Source of the DNA: a bacterium
GTDB taxonomy: Bacteria > Patescibacteriota > Dojkabacteria > SC72
Direction: 5' to 3'
DNA: 64,000 bases
NCBI GenBank assembly: GCA_021463465.1
Contig: JAJTYH010000002.1
Span: 137,799-201,798, forward strand
The notes beneath the pieces were generated by a model. It had not been told where the DNA came from and searched no databases. It saw only the letters and a program-made list of their open reading frames with translations. Position numbers and translations under genes: made by a program. Positions 1-9,412 of this stretch are shown here, in pieces (within the stretch, counting starts at the first letter, position 1; each line of letters starts with the position of its first letter).

Positions 1-3000
1 GGTACCCCGACAGGAACAGCTGTGGCAAACGGAATTGCAGGTAAAGCACGTAGTTTTAACGGAAGTAGTGACCTTATAGATGTTGGTGATGGAACAACCT
101 TGGATGCATCATCTACGATGACATTGTCAGTATGGATAAAACACACTGGAAGTTGGCCAACCAATGAAGGGATCATTGGTAAACGTATTGGTACGACTGA
201 ATATGCACAATACTCTCTGGGGGTTTCATCTGGCTCACTGTACTGGCTTCAATCATCAACCGGTACAACATGGCAAACACTTGTATCAACAACTTCCCTC
301 CCAAGCCCAGATCAATGGCATCACATAGTGGGTACCAATGATGGTACAGTGGCAAGACTGTATATCGATGGAGTAGAAGTAGGTAGCGCAGATGGTTCAC
401 CCGCCACATCACTTGCAGCCAGTACTGAAAGTTTAAAAATTGGTCAAACAAGGATAAGTGGTGCAAATGATTATTTTACGGGGCAAATCGACGAAGTTGC
501 TCTTTACAATATTGCAAAAAACTCTGAAGAGATCGCGGAAATGTTTAGACAAGGCAGAGACACTTTTATTAGAAAAAGCTTTTCATCAAACGATATAACT
601 GGAACTTTAATGATACCTTTTCAAATTGCAGGAGATAGACCAGGCACCTACATTCAAACCTCTTTATCGGAATCTCCATATATAAACAGCGAAGCGGATT
701 TAAATACAGTTGGGGAATGGGGATTAGATGAGATATCTGGCACAGGAGCATATATAAAAGACACCAGCGGAAATACAAACCACGGGACACCTAACAACAC
801 TATTTCTACGCAAGGAATTTACGGCAAAGCTAGAATTTTTAATGGATCAAATAGTTACGTTGGGATTCCAAATAACAGCGTTCTTTCTCCGACAAACAAT
901 ATAACCGTTGAAGCGTGGGTAAAAACTACTAGTACAGGTAGTAATCAAGTTATTTTAGGTAAGAGTACTGGATGTATTACATCTGGATATTTGCTATGGA
1001 TAAACCAGAATAATCTTACACCAGGTAGACCTAACTTTATTGTAGGAAATACAACCTGGCTTGACTCAAATGTAGCAGTTAACGATGGTAATTGGCACTA
1101 TGTAGTAGGTACATATGATGGTACGACTGCGAGAATTTATGTTGATGGCCAGCTGAGTAATAGTGGGGCTAGGAGTGCAACACTATCATCGACAACACAA
1201 CTCCAAATCGGAGGCTCAACAACTGGGGGAGGATGCTCAGGGGTATGGTTTAATGGCTCAATCGATGAAGTACGTGTAAGTAATGTAACTAGAAGTGCCG
1301 CCGAGATTAGGCAAGCCTATGAGGCCGTCCTAACCTCGCATCAAATTACAATTCAATTTGGTGCAAGACTCTCTACAGATGATTTAGTAACAAACAGCTC
1401 AGACTTGGGTTTTGAGATAGATGCTACATATTACGGACTCCCTCAACAAGCAACTTCTCTGTATAAAGGTGACAAGATTATTCTTCGCGAAAACTACAAC
1501 GGGATAGAATACTATGCACAAGGAACAGTCACTTCGGTAAATACATCAACAGGGTCCGTTACTGTAACCTCCTGGGACACAGGTTCCACATTTCCTTCGG
1601 GGGGATACAGTGGAAACGCGGATGTGTTCAAATGGCAAAGAGAGTACTGGACAGTTAAAAATGAAACTCTTTCGTCTGCTTGGGATTCACTTACAGGAGT
1701 TAGCTTCAGGTTAACTGATGGAAGTGAAGCAAGAACCGTTTGGATTGATGACTATCGAGTGAATAGTAACTACATGACAACACCTGGGGGTTCAACCATA
1801 ACTAGCAGTTTGGGATCTCGTTACTTCCAGTACCGTGCCATTCTCTCCAGCTGGGGAGATTATGTTTCTCCGACAGTAACTTCTGCGACACTCGATTACA
1901 CTACGAATACTTCTCCTGCTACCCCTTCACTGAACTCACCAAGTAACGCAGCAACGGGACAATTACTTCGTCCTGTACTAAGAACTACCGCCACTGATGC
2001 CGAATCTAACTACTTAAGATACAAGATTGAACTGTGTCGAGATTTCGCTATGTCGGCAGGTTGTGTGACTTATGACCAAACTTCAAGCCAAACTGGATGG
2101 AGCGGACAAAATACCCAAACCTCAACTGCTTATACCTCAGGAACTCAAGCTGTATATACACTCCAATCAGATTTACTTCCCTCGACAACCTATTACTGGA
2201 AAACATACGCAATAGACCCAGGAGGATCAAATCGATGGTCTTTGACTCAAAGCACTCCAAATCATTTCCTTACAAACTCTAAACCTCGTTCAACTGCTAG
2301 CCGAGCTCTTACAATCTATAGCTCGAGAAGAACATCTGAAGCTGTAAGTACAACAAATGGATGGGCTAATATTAGCGGTTCAGTTGATACAGGAACTACT
2401 GGTTCAAGTAACGGATGGGTAAGTTCAAGCAATCTAAACGGAGGGCGTAGATATCTGATTTACGCTACAGGGTCTCACAGTACTGATAATACTTCAGGTA
2501 AAAGTGGTCTGAGAGTCGTCCACGGCACAACAACTTTTGAAACATCAGAGTCAGTCGACGTGACAGATAATACAACCGCAGGATATAAAATCCCTTATTT
2601 CTGGTTTACTGTGTGGACAGCAGTCACGGGCGAAAGTCTAGAAGTTCAACAGTACTGGAATGGCACAGGAGCGCAGAGTAGGGTGGAAGATATAACTCTT
2701 ATGGTAATAGATGTAGATGATCTCATTACCAGTGGTGACTTCCAGTATGCCATTAACACTACCTATACAAGTCTAACGACTACTTTAAGTAACGTTCTAA
2801 CTCATACTTTCACTCCAGCTAACAATAACGACATCTGGTGGGTAGCAGGATACACACAAACCAGCGCTAACAACGGTGGAGCTGGGAGCAAAATCGAAAA
2901 CCAACTGACAGTGAATTCAACTACTTATTCAAATAATAATGTTACTATTAATGCAAACAGTCTATCTCCAATCTTACCTTTAGGTGGAACATTAGCTCTA

Positions 3001-4506
3001 CCTAATTCAGCTACTACCCTTGCTATAAGAGCCAAGGAATCTGGAAGCGATCAAGTCACACAAGCGAATGGTGTATTCGCGTTGCGCTTAAACTTATTTG
3101 AAAATTATTTGGCACATGAAAATACAACTGGTACGGTTATGACTTCCTCAGGTAGCTGGGTAAACCAGCAATCAGTCAAGGTCGTTAATTCATTTAACAA
3201 CTCTGAATGGGTAGTTGCAGCAGGTGCGAATGTGACAGATGCTGATGCACGAGTAATAGCACGAATCCAAAACGGTGGAGTCAGTATTACAGACGATATG
3301 GGTGGGTGGAATAACGGAAGCGGGGATCTAATGCCAATCTTTCTTACAGATTATATTTTAAACCTTTCAAACGGCATCAAAACTTACACATTTGATACTC
3401 AAACGACTCTTTCTGGAACAGCTCCAATCTCATACCCATGGTTAGTTGCTTTTAGCCGAGAGCTAGCTCCAAGTTATCCAGCAATGGATCTTCCTACCAA
3501 TAATAACCCCTCCGTAGCCTTAAGACCTCAATTAAGAACAACTGCAACTGACCAAGACAGTGATTATCTTAGATACAAAATCCAGATATGTACTAATGCG
3601 GCAATGACCTCCAGCTGCCAAACCTTTGACCAAACCTCGAGTCAAACTGGATGGACCGGACAAAATACCCAAGGTAATACTGCCTACACTTCTGGTACTC
3701 AAGCCATCTACACACTCACATCAGATCTTATAGCCGACACTACATATTACTGGAGAAGTTATGCTATTGACCCAGCAGGTACTAATTCATTCACTTCTGA
3801 AAACCCAACACCGTTTTCATTTACGGTAACTGCTGCACCTACTGCCCCTACAGATTTATGGACTGAAGGTTCTACAAACCCTACATCGGTTACAGATACA
3901 ACGCCAGAATTTTCAGCAATTCACAACGACCCTGAGAGTGATTCTTCTGCAAGCTATCAAATTCAAGTAAATACACACTCTGACTTTTCGGGAACTAGTA
4001 TGTGGGACTCTGGGAAACAGAGTATAACGGTTGCTAACGGTGCAAGATCATCTGATATTTCGTATGCGGGAAATGCTCTTGGCCTTACAGGTACAACCTA
4101 TTATTGGAGAATACGGTTTTGGGATACCAATGATTCAGTAGGCTCGTATTCATCAGTCGCACAATTCACCATGAGAGCCATGGAAGAAGCCAATGCATGT
4201 TATTTAGTAAAAACACCTAACAGCTCCTCGCTTACATTCCACTGGAGAGATAATACCTCTTTGGAAGACGGGTATAAGGTACAAAGAAATGTTGATGGAG
4301 GTGGATTTAGTGATTTAATAACTAAGGCAGCGAACTCTTCGTCGCATACTGACTCTACAATTACAATGAACCACACATATCAATACAGAGTAGCTCCAAC
4401 CAACGGTAGCGTTACAGGCACATACTGTACAAGTAGCATTGCAAGTCTCTTTCAAGGTAACTTACAAATAGGTGGAATCAGGATGGAAGGTATACAAATT
4501 TACTAA
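1..4506 (+). CDS. Large surface/secreted protein with LamG-like domains, a duplicated Ig/FN3-like module and a C-terminal FN3-like domain (5'-truncated)
   Basis: Frame is open from position 1. LamG motifs (WHHIVGT...LYIDG...GQIDEVALYN; WHYVVGTYDG...IYVDG...GSIDEVRVSN). Ser/Thr-rich. FN3-like YYWRIR and YQYRV motifs. Confidence 0.8.
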   Translation, partial: GTPTGTAVANGIAGKARSFNGSSDLIDVGDGTTLDASSTMTLSVWIKHTGSWPTNEGIIGKRIGTTEYAQYSLGVSSGSLYWLQSSTGTTWQTLVSTTSLPSPDQWHHIVGTNDGTVARLYIDGVEVGSADGSPATSLAASTESLKIGQTRISGANDYFTGQIDEVALYNIAKNSEEIAEMFRQGRDTFIRKSFSSNDITGTLMIPFQIAGDRPGTYIQTSLSESPYINSEADLNTVGEWGLDEISGTGAYIKDTSGNTNHGTPNNTISTQGIYGKARIFNGSNSYVGIPNNSVLSPTNNITVEAWVKTTSTGSNQVILGKSTGCITSGYLLWINQNNLTPGRPNFIVGNTTWLDSNVAVNDGNWHYVVGTYDGTTARIYVDGQLSNSGARSATLSSTTQLQIGGSTTGGGCSGVWFNGSIDEVRVSNVTRSAAEIRQAYEAVLTSHQITIQFGARLSTDDLVTNSSDLGFEIDATYYGLPQQATSLYKGDKIILRENYNGIEYYAQGTVTSVNTSTGSVTVTSWDTGSTFPSGGYSGNADVFKWQREYWTVKNETLSSAWDSLTGVSFRLTDGSEARTVWIDDYRVNSNYMTTPGGSTITSSLGSRYFQYRAILSSWGDYVSPTVTSATLDYTTNTSPATPSLNSPSNAATGQLLRPVLRTTATDAESNYLRYKIELCRDFAMSAGCVTYDQTSSQTGWSGQNTQTSTAYTSGTQAVYTLQSDLLPSTTYYWKTYAIDPGGSNRWSLTQSTPNHFLTNSKPRSTASRALTIYSSRRTSEAVSTTNGWANISGSVDTGTTGSSNGWVSSSNLNGGRRYLIYATGSHSTDNTSGKSGLRVVHGTTTFETSESVDVTDNTTAGYKIPYFWFTVWTAVTGESLEVQQYWNGTGAQSRVEDITLMVIDVDDLITSGDFQYAINTTYTSLTTTLSNVLTHTFTPANNNDIWWVAGYTQTSANNGGAGSKIENQLTVNSTTYSNNNVTINANSLSPILPLGGTLALPNSATTLAIRAKESGSDQVTQANGVFALRLNLFENYLAHENTTGTVMTSSGSWVNQQSVKVVNSFNNSEWVVAAGANVTDADARVIARIQNGGVSITDDMGGWNNGSGDLMPIFLTDYILNLSNGIKTYTFDTQTTLSGTAPISYPWLVAFSRELAPSYPAMDLPTNNNPSVALRPQLRTTATDQDSDYLRYKIQICTNAAMTSSCQTFDQTSSQTGWTGQNTQGNTAYTSGTQAIYTLTSDLIADTTYYWRSYAIDPAGTNSFTSENPTPFSFTVTAAPTAPTDLWTEGSTNPTSVTDTTPEFSAIHNDPESDSSASYQIQVNTHSDFSGTSMWDSGKQSITVANGARSSDISYAGNALGLTGTTYYWRIRFWDTNDSVGSYSSVAQFTMRAMEEANACYLVKTPNSSSLTFHWRDNTSLEDGYKVQRNVDGGGFSDLITKAANSSSHTDSTITMNHTYQYRVAPTNGSVTGTYCTSSIASLFQGNLQIGGIRMEGIQIY
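1966..2232 (+). repeat. Copy 1 of an internal ~90-aa duplicated module
   Basis: LRPVLRTTATDAESNYLRYKIELC...DQTSSQTGWSGQNTQ...YTSGTQA...YYWKTYAIDPGGSN; recurs at 3520-3786. Confidence 0.85.
3520..3786 (+). repeat. Copy 2 of the internal duplicated module
   Basis: LRPQLRTTATDQDSDYLRYKIQIC...DQTSSQTGWTGQNTQ...YTSGTQA...YYWRSYAIDPAGTN. Confidence 0.85.
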
Positions 4507-4526
4507 CTCTTAGTAAAATCTTTGCT

Positions 4527-5255
4527 ATGAGCTTAAAATACGACTCATTTAAAAAACTTAGAAAAGAGAAGGCTAAACACAAGATTGACTCCTGGGAGGA
4601 ATATGACGACCTCGAAGCTGAAATTCTCAAAGAGAGAATGCAGGGGAAAGAGCCAACTATTAAAGCCCAGGTGAGAATAACAGGTGGGAAATTTAAGAAC
4701 TTCAATATTGAGATTCCTAAAAATACTCGCCCTCTTACAGATCGCATGAAAATAAGAATCTTTGATATCCTAGGTTCTGACATTGCTAACAAAACCATTC
4801 TGGATTTATTTGCTGGTTCAGGAAGTTTCGGATTAGATGCACTTTCAAGAGGTGCAAAATCATGTACTTTTATTGATGCTTCCAGACACTCAGAACGTAT
4901 CCTCAAAATGAACTTGGAAAAGATGGGACTGACAGAAACGGAAGTAATAAGAGGTAAGGTGGACGATTTTCTTTTCAAAAACCAACAAAACGACTCAGTC
5001 TTTGAGATAATTTTCATGGATCCTCCTTATAAACTTTACAACACCAAAAGAACTCAGAAGATGAATGAGACTATATCAATGGCTTCTAACCTACTTCCAG
5101 CTGTTAAAAAGTCAAAAGGCAGATTCAAAGGCGCATTGATAATAAAACATCCTCGGAGGTATCCTATTGATTCACTTGAGTTTGAACATATCAAAAAAGT
5201 TGAGACGTATGACTTTGGACTCAATGCCATTTCACTCTACATACTGAAGAAGTGA
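4527..5255 (+). CDS. rsmD: RsmD-family (16S m2G966) methyltransferase with N-terminal extension
   Basis: VRITGGKFK, TRPLTDRMK, LDLFAGSGSFGLDALSRGA and DPPY motifs. Confidence 0.85.
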   Translation: MSLKYDSFKKLRKEKAKHKIDSWEEYDDLEAEILKERMQGKEPTIKAQVRITGGKFKNFNIEIPKNTRPLTDRMKIRIFDILGSDIANKTILDLFAGSGSFGLDALSRGAKSCTFIDASRHSERILKMNLEKMGLTETEVIRGKVDDFLFKNQQNDSVFEIIFMDPPYKLYNTKRTQKMNETISMASNLLPAVKKSKGRFKGALIIKHPRRYPIDSLEFEHIKKVETYDFGLNAISLYILKK

Positions 5256-5284
5256 TTGCAAATATTAGGAAAAATATATAGAAT
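5256..5284 (+). promoter_or_regulatory. Sigma70-type promoter for the thrS leader
   Basis: TTGCAA (5256-5261), 17 bp spacer, TAGAAT (5279-5284). Confidence 0.7.
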
Positions 5285-5293
5285 ACAAAAGAA

Positions 5294-5359
5294 ATGTTTA
5301 GAATACTTGGTAGAAACAAAGAAATACTAGTTAAGGTTGTTTACCCCACATCCCGCTAA
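5294..5359 (+). CDS. Putative thrS leader peptide MFRILGRNKEILVKVVYPTSR
   Basis: ATG 9 nt after the -10 box. The only Thr codon (ACA 5348-5350) abuts the terminator stem; the stop codon lies in the hairpin loop. Confidence 0.45.
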   Translation: MFRILGRNKEILVKVVYPTSR

Positions 5360-5373
5360 TGTCGGGAGTTTTT
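5351..5373 (+). terminator. Terminator-like hairpin in the thrS 5' leader
   Basis: TCCCG-ctaatgt-CGGGA followed by GTTTTT; lies downstream of the promoter and upstream of thrS. Confidence 0.6.
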
Positions 5374-5426
5374 ACTTACCCCAAAATATACGCGCAAATT
5401 TCCTTTTAAATTGAACGTTCACATAT

Positions 5427-7178
5427 ATGCCAAAAGTTAAAAAAGATGTAGAAAATGTGCCAGAAATAGAGAAAATGCGTCATACCGCTTCTCACATATT
5501 GGCCCAGGCAGTACTTAAATATTTTCCAGATGCTAAGCTTGGGATCGGCCCAGCAATAGAAAACGGTTTCTATTACGATTTTGAATTTTCTGAGCCTATC
5601 AACGAGGAACACTTGGAACAGATTGAGAAAGAGATGAAGGATATTATCTCCCGTGATCTTGCAATGTCTCAGATTTTTATGAGTCGAAAAGAAGCCCTCA
5701 AGCTACTCCAATCAAAAGATCAAAATTATAAGATTGAGCTTTATAAAGATATCCCTGACAAGAAGTTGAGCTTCTATATCACCGGGAATGATGAATTTGT
5801 AGATTTATGTCGAGGTCCTCATGTTGTGTCGACAGGTAAAGTAGGATCTATAAAACTTCAAAGTATTGCCGGTGCGTATTGGAAAGGCGATGAAAAACAA
5901 CCGATGATTACCAGAATTTACGGCCTTTGCTTTCCAACCCAGGAAGAACTTGATTCGCATTTGAATATGTTGGCTGAAGCAGAGCGACGAGACCATCGAG
6001 TCCTAGGTCCACAGCTTAAACTTTTCATGTTCCATGAGACTGCTCCAGGTATGCCATATTGGTTGCCCAAGGGTGTCAAACTATTTAATGAATTGGTGAA
6101 TTTCTGGAGAACAGAACACGAGAAGCATAATTACCAGGAAATAGTATCTCCTTTGATTAATAAGTCACAATTATGGAAAACCTCAGGTCACTGGGACCAT
6201 TACCAAGAGAATATGTTCATTGCAGACATGGGTGAGAATGAAGTATACGGTGTAAAACCAATGAATTGTCCTAATGCAATGGTTGTATTCGGAAGCCAGC
6301 AGATTTCTTATAAAGACTTGCCTCTAAGACTTTCGGATACTGATAAATTGCACAGGTATGAACGCTCAGGTACCTTAAATGGACTTTTAAGGGTAAGATC
6401 TTTCCAACAGGATGACTCACACAATTTCATCTCTGAAGATATGGTTGAGAGCGAATATATGCATATTTTCGAACTCTGCGAGCGCTTTTACAGCATTTTT
6501 GACATGGATTATGAATTCCGTATGGGTACTCGACCTGAAAAATTTATGGGTGATATTGAATCCTGGGATAAAGCCGAAGCTGCACTTAAAAAAGTACTAG
6601 ATAAATCAGGACGTCCTTATAAAGTATTAGAAGGTGATGGCGCTTTCTATGGACCAAAAGTTGATATTCTCATGAAAGATGCCATCGGTCGTGAATGGCA
6701 AATGGGTACAATACAGCTTGACTATCAGATTCCTAAGAATTTTGATCTCAAATATACGGACAAAGACGGTAGCAAAAAGACCCCAGTTGTGGTTCACCGA
6801 GTGATTTATGGCTCACTTGAACGTTTCATTGGGATATTGATTGAGCACTTTGCAGGAGCTTTTCCGTTGTGGTTAGCACCTGTCCAATTAATTGTAATTC
6901 CTATTGCTGACAGACATACCGAATATGCTCAAAAGATTATGGCTGAATGTCAGGAAGCTAAAATCAGAGTCGCACTTGATAGTCGTTCGGAAACCCTTCA
7001 GTCCAAAATTCGCGACCATGAGCTACAAAAGAACCCTTATATCGTTATTGTTGGAGACAAAGAGATTGAAACCCAGACGGTATCAGTCAGATCTCGAAGC
7101 ACTAAAGAGGTAGGTCTTATGAAGCCAACCGAATTGGTGGAGAAGCTTCAGCGCGAAATTATTAGTAAAGGTAAATAA
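5427..7178 (+). CDS. thrS: Threonine--tRNA ligase
   Basis: RHTASHILAQAV, DLCRGPH, RDHR, KPMNCP, RYERSG, GAFYGPK, GSLERF and PLWLAP motifs. Confidence 0.98.
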   Translation: MPKVKKDVENVPEIEKMRHTASHILAQAVLKYFPDAKLGIGPAIENGFYYDFEFSEPINEEHLEQIEKEMKDIISRDLAMSQIFMSRKEALKLLQSKDQNYKIELYKDIPDKKLSFYITGNDEFVDLCRGPHVVSTGKVGSIKLQSIAGAYWKGDEKQPMITRIYGLCFPTQEELDSHLNMLAEAERRDHRVLGPQLKLFMFHETAPGMPYWLPKGVKLFNELVNFWRTEHEKHNYQEIVSPLINKSQLWKTSGHWDHYQENMFIADMGENEVYGVKPMNCPNAMVVFGSQQISYKDLPLRLSDTDKLHRYERSGTLNGLLRVRSFQQDDSHNFISEDMVESEYMHIFELCERFYSIFDMDYEFRMGTRPEKFMGDIESWDKAEAALKKVLDKSGRPYKVLEGDGAFYGPKVDILMKDAIGREWQMGTIQLDYQIPKNFDLKYTDKDGSKKTPVVVHRVIYGSLERFIGILIEHFAGAFPLWLAPVQLIVIPIADRHTEYAQKIMAECQEAKIRVALDSRSETLQSKIRDHELQKNPYIVIVGDKEIETQTVSVRSRSTKEVGLMKPTELVEKLQREIISKGK

Positions 7179-7200
7179 ATTAAACTATTTTTAATTATTA

Positions 7201-7785
7201 ATGGAGTTTAGAAAATTCAAACGCAGCGATAGCTCATTCAATCGTCCCAAAAGAGACTTTGGACCAAGACGTAATGAATTTATTAGGGTACCAAGCATCC
7301 AGGTAATTGACCAAGATGGGAACAACCTAGGTGAAATGAAAACCTACGAAGCACTGAAGCTAGCTCAAGAAGCTGGGCTTGACCTTGTAGAGGTTGCACC
7401 TAACTTAAACCCTCCAGTATGTAAAATCGTTGATTACGCTAAATTTACTTACGAACAGAAAAAGAAGGAAAGAGGGCACAAAGTTTCTCAAAAAAGTATG
7501 AAGGAATTTAAATTTTCACCAGTAATTGATGTTCATGACAAAGCTACTCGAATTCGTAGAGCAAAGGAATATCTGGATAAAGGTCATAACGTACGGCTCA
7601 TGATGGAACGAAGGGGGAGGCAAGCACCGGAGTTAGCCAAGAGTGTTTTTATTGAAATATTGACTAATTTCGCTGATTATACTACCATTGAGCCCGAACC
7701 TAAGTATGAAGGTAAGAGGATATTTCTAACGTACAAACCTAATGGCAAGACAAAAAACAAACAAAACAGCAGCAAAGCGAATTAG
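7201..7785 (+). CDS. infC: Translation initiation factor IF-3
   Basis: NEFIRVP..VIDQDG...GLDLVEVAPNLNPPVCKIVDY; position after thrS. Confidence 0.95.
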   Translation: MEFRKFKRSDSSFNRPKRDFGPRRNEFIRVPSIQVIDQDGNNLGEMKTYEALKLAQEAGLDLVEVAPNLNPPVCKIVDYAKFTYEQKKKERGHKVSQKSMKEFKFSPVIDVHDKATRIRRAKEYLDKGHNVRLMMERRGRQAPELAKSVFIEILTNFADYTTIEPEPKYEGKRIFLTYKPNGKTKNKQNSSKAN

Positions 7786-7957
7786 AGTTTCAAACCCAAG
7801 AGGTAATAGAAAACCTAAGATTTTGTATAGCAAAACAGCTCAACATCACCTAAAAACTAAAAGATCAAAGCGAGCCAAAAGACGCAAATCAAATATTGGT
7901 GTAGCATCATATACCAATGCTAAGAAATTACTTAAAGCAGTCAAAAATTTAGCGTAA
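7742..7957 (+). CDS. rpmI: 50S ribosomal protein L35
   Basis: KTNKTAAKRI...HHLKTKRSKRAKRR; located between infC and rplT. Confidence 0.85.
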   Translation: MARQKTNKTAAKRIRVSNPRGNRKPKILYSKTAQHHLKTKRSKRAKRRKSNIGVASYTNAKKLLKAVKNLA

Positions 7958-7964
7958 CCAAATA

Positions 7965-8303
7965 ATGAGAACATCAACAGGTAACGTCAGACGAAGAAAA
8001 CACAAAAAAGTATTAGCCGCAACCAAAGGCTTTAGAATGACTAAAAACAGACTGTACCGTGTGGCTCATGAGGCCTTCATGCATGCTGGAGCATATTCAC
8101 TTGCTCACCGCAGACAGCGATTAGGACAGATGCGTAGCCTTTGGATTAAGCGTTTAAACGCAGCTGCATTGGCCAACGGTTTGAAGTATAACCAATTGAT
8201 TAGCGGAATGAGGAAAGCAAATGTATCTATTAACCGCAAGGTATTAGCTGAAATTGCCTACACGCACCCTGAAGTTTTCACAAAGATAGTAAAGTCATTT
8301 TAA
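7965..8303 (+). CDS. rplT: 50S ribosomal protein L20
   Basis: RRRKHKKVL..TKGF, MRSLWIKRLNAAA, INRKVLAEIA. Confidence 0.95.
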   Translation: MRTSTGNVRRRKHKKVLAATKGFRMTKNRLYRVAHEAFMHAGAYSLAHRRQRLGQMRSLWIKRLNAAALANGLKYNQLISGMRKANVSINRKVLAEIAYTHPEVFTKIVKSF

Positions 8304-8307
8304 CTCT

Positions 8308-8356
8308 TTTAACCATTTCCTCTTTTGGTGTAAACTGTACATCATAAAGAAGTGGT
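8308..8356 (+). promoter_or_regulatory. Long imperfect hairpin between rplT and pheS, overlapping a possible promoter
   Basis: AACCATTTC..TTTTGGTGTA pairs with TACATCATAAAGAAGTGGTT (8311-8356). TTTAAC-17-TAAACT (8308-8336) overlaps it. Confidence 0.4.
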
Positions 8357-8377
8357 TTGTTTGATATTTATACAAAT

Positions 8378-9412
8378 ATGGAGTACGAAATCGAATCAGT
8401 AAAACAATTGGCCAGACAGCTCGAAGATGACATTCCAACCCTCAAACTTGAAGACCTTCAGAGTAAGTACATGGGTAAGAATGGGCTTTTAAAGCAACTA
8501 CTAACTGATATAACCAATCAATCTGATGAGCAAAAAAGAACTTACGGCCGTGAAGCAAACCTTTTAAAGCACTATTTTACGGAACGTGTTTCGCAGCTTT
8601 CATCTCATATCACTATTGACAGTAGCACAGAAAAGATTGATCCTACGGCCCCATTTGATATAAATACACCCAAAGCTAATTGGCCTAAAGTCAAAGGAAT
8701 CGAAGGTACTATGCATCCACTTATGCAAGAGATGGAACATGTTCTTAAGATTTTTCAAAACATGGGTTTTGAAATTGTAGAGAGCAAACAACTTGATGAT
8801 GATTATCATATGTTTGAATCTCTTAATATCCCCAAAGGACACCCAGCCAGGGATATTTGGGATACTTTTTGGACAGATGATGATCTAATTCCTCCAGCAC
8901 ACACATCCACAATGCAAAATCGAGTTATGAAGGAACGAAAGCCTCCAATAAGGGTAATTGTACCTGGTAGATGTTATCGAAATGAAGCCACCGATGCTTC
9001 GCATGAGCATACTTTCTACCAGATAGAAGGGGTATATGTTGATAAAAACATTTCATTGGGTGACATGCTAGGAACAATCAAAACCTATCTCGAAGCATTC
9101 TTCGAAATGGATCTGGAAATCAAAGTTCAACCAGCATATTTTCCTTTTGTTGAACCAGGCTGTGAATTCATGATCAGCTGTCCATTCTGTAAAAAGACTG
9201 GGTGCTCGGTTTGTGGTTATGATGGTTGGATGGAGATTATGGGTTGCGGAATGATACATCCTAATGTGTTAAAAGAAGCGGGAATTGACCCAGAAGAGTA
9301 CACAGGTTTTGCATGGGGTTTTGGTCTTGATAGACTCGTGATGATTAAACATTCTATTGCTGATATTCGCAGACTACATAGCGGAGATCTTAATTTCTTA
9401 AAACAGTTTTAA
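8378..9412 (+). CDS. pheS: Phenylalanine--tRNA ligase alpha subunit
   Basis: GHPARDIWDTF, HTSTMQNR, PGRCYRNE, YFPFVEP, GFAWGFGLDRLVM, Zn-finger CPFC...CSVC. ATG at 8378 preferred over TTG at 8357. Confidence 0.97.
   Translation: MEYEIESVKQLARQLEDDIPTLKLEDLQSKYMGKNGLLKQLLTDITNQSDEQKRTYGREANLLKHYFTERVSQLSSHITIDSSTEKIDPTAPFDINTPKANWPKVKGIEGTMHPLMQEMEHVLKIFQNMGFEIVESKQLDDDYHMFESLNIPKGHPARDIWDTFWTDDDLIPPAHTSTMQNRVMKERKPPIRVIVPGRCYRNEATDASHEHTFYQIEGVYVDKNISLGDMLGTIKTYLEAFFEMDLEIKVQPAYFPFVEPGCEFMISCPFCKKTGCSVCGYDGWMEIMGCGMIHPNVLKEAGIDPEEYTGFAWGFGLDRLVMIKHSIADIRRLHSGDLNFLKQF

Noticed and set aside
5290-5375. T-box riboswitch upstream of thrS
   Set aside because: No UGGNACC antiterminator bulge, and the leader is too short for a typical stem I.
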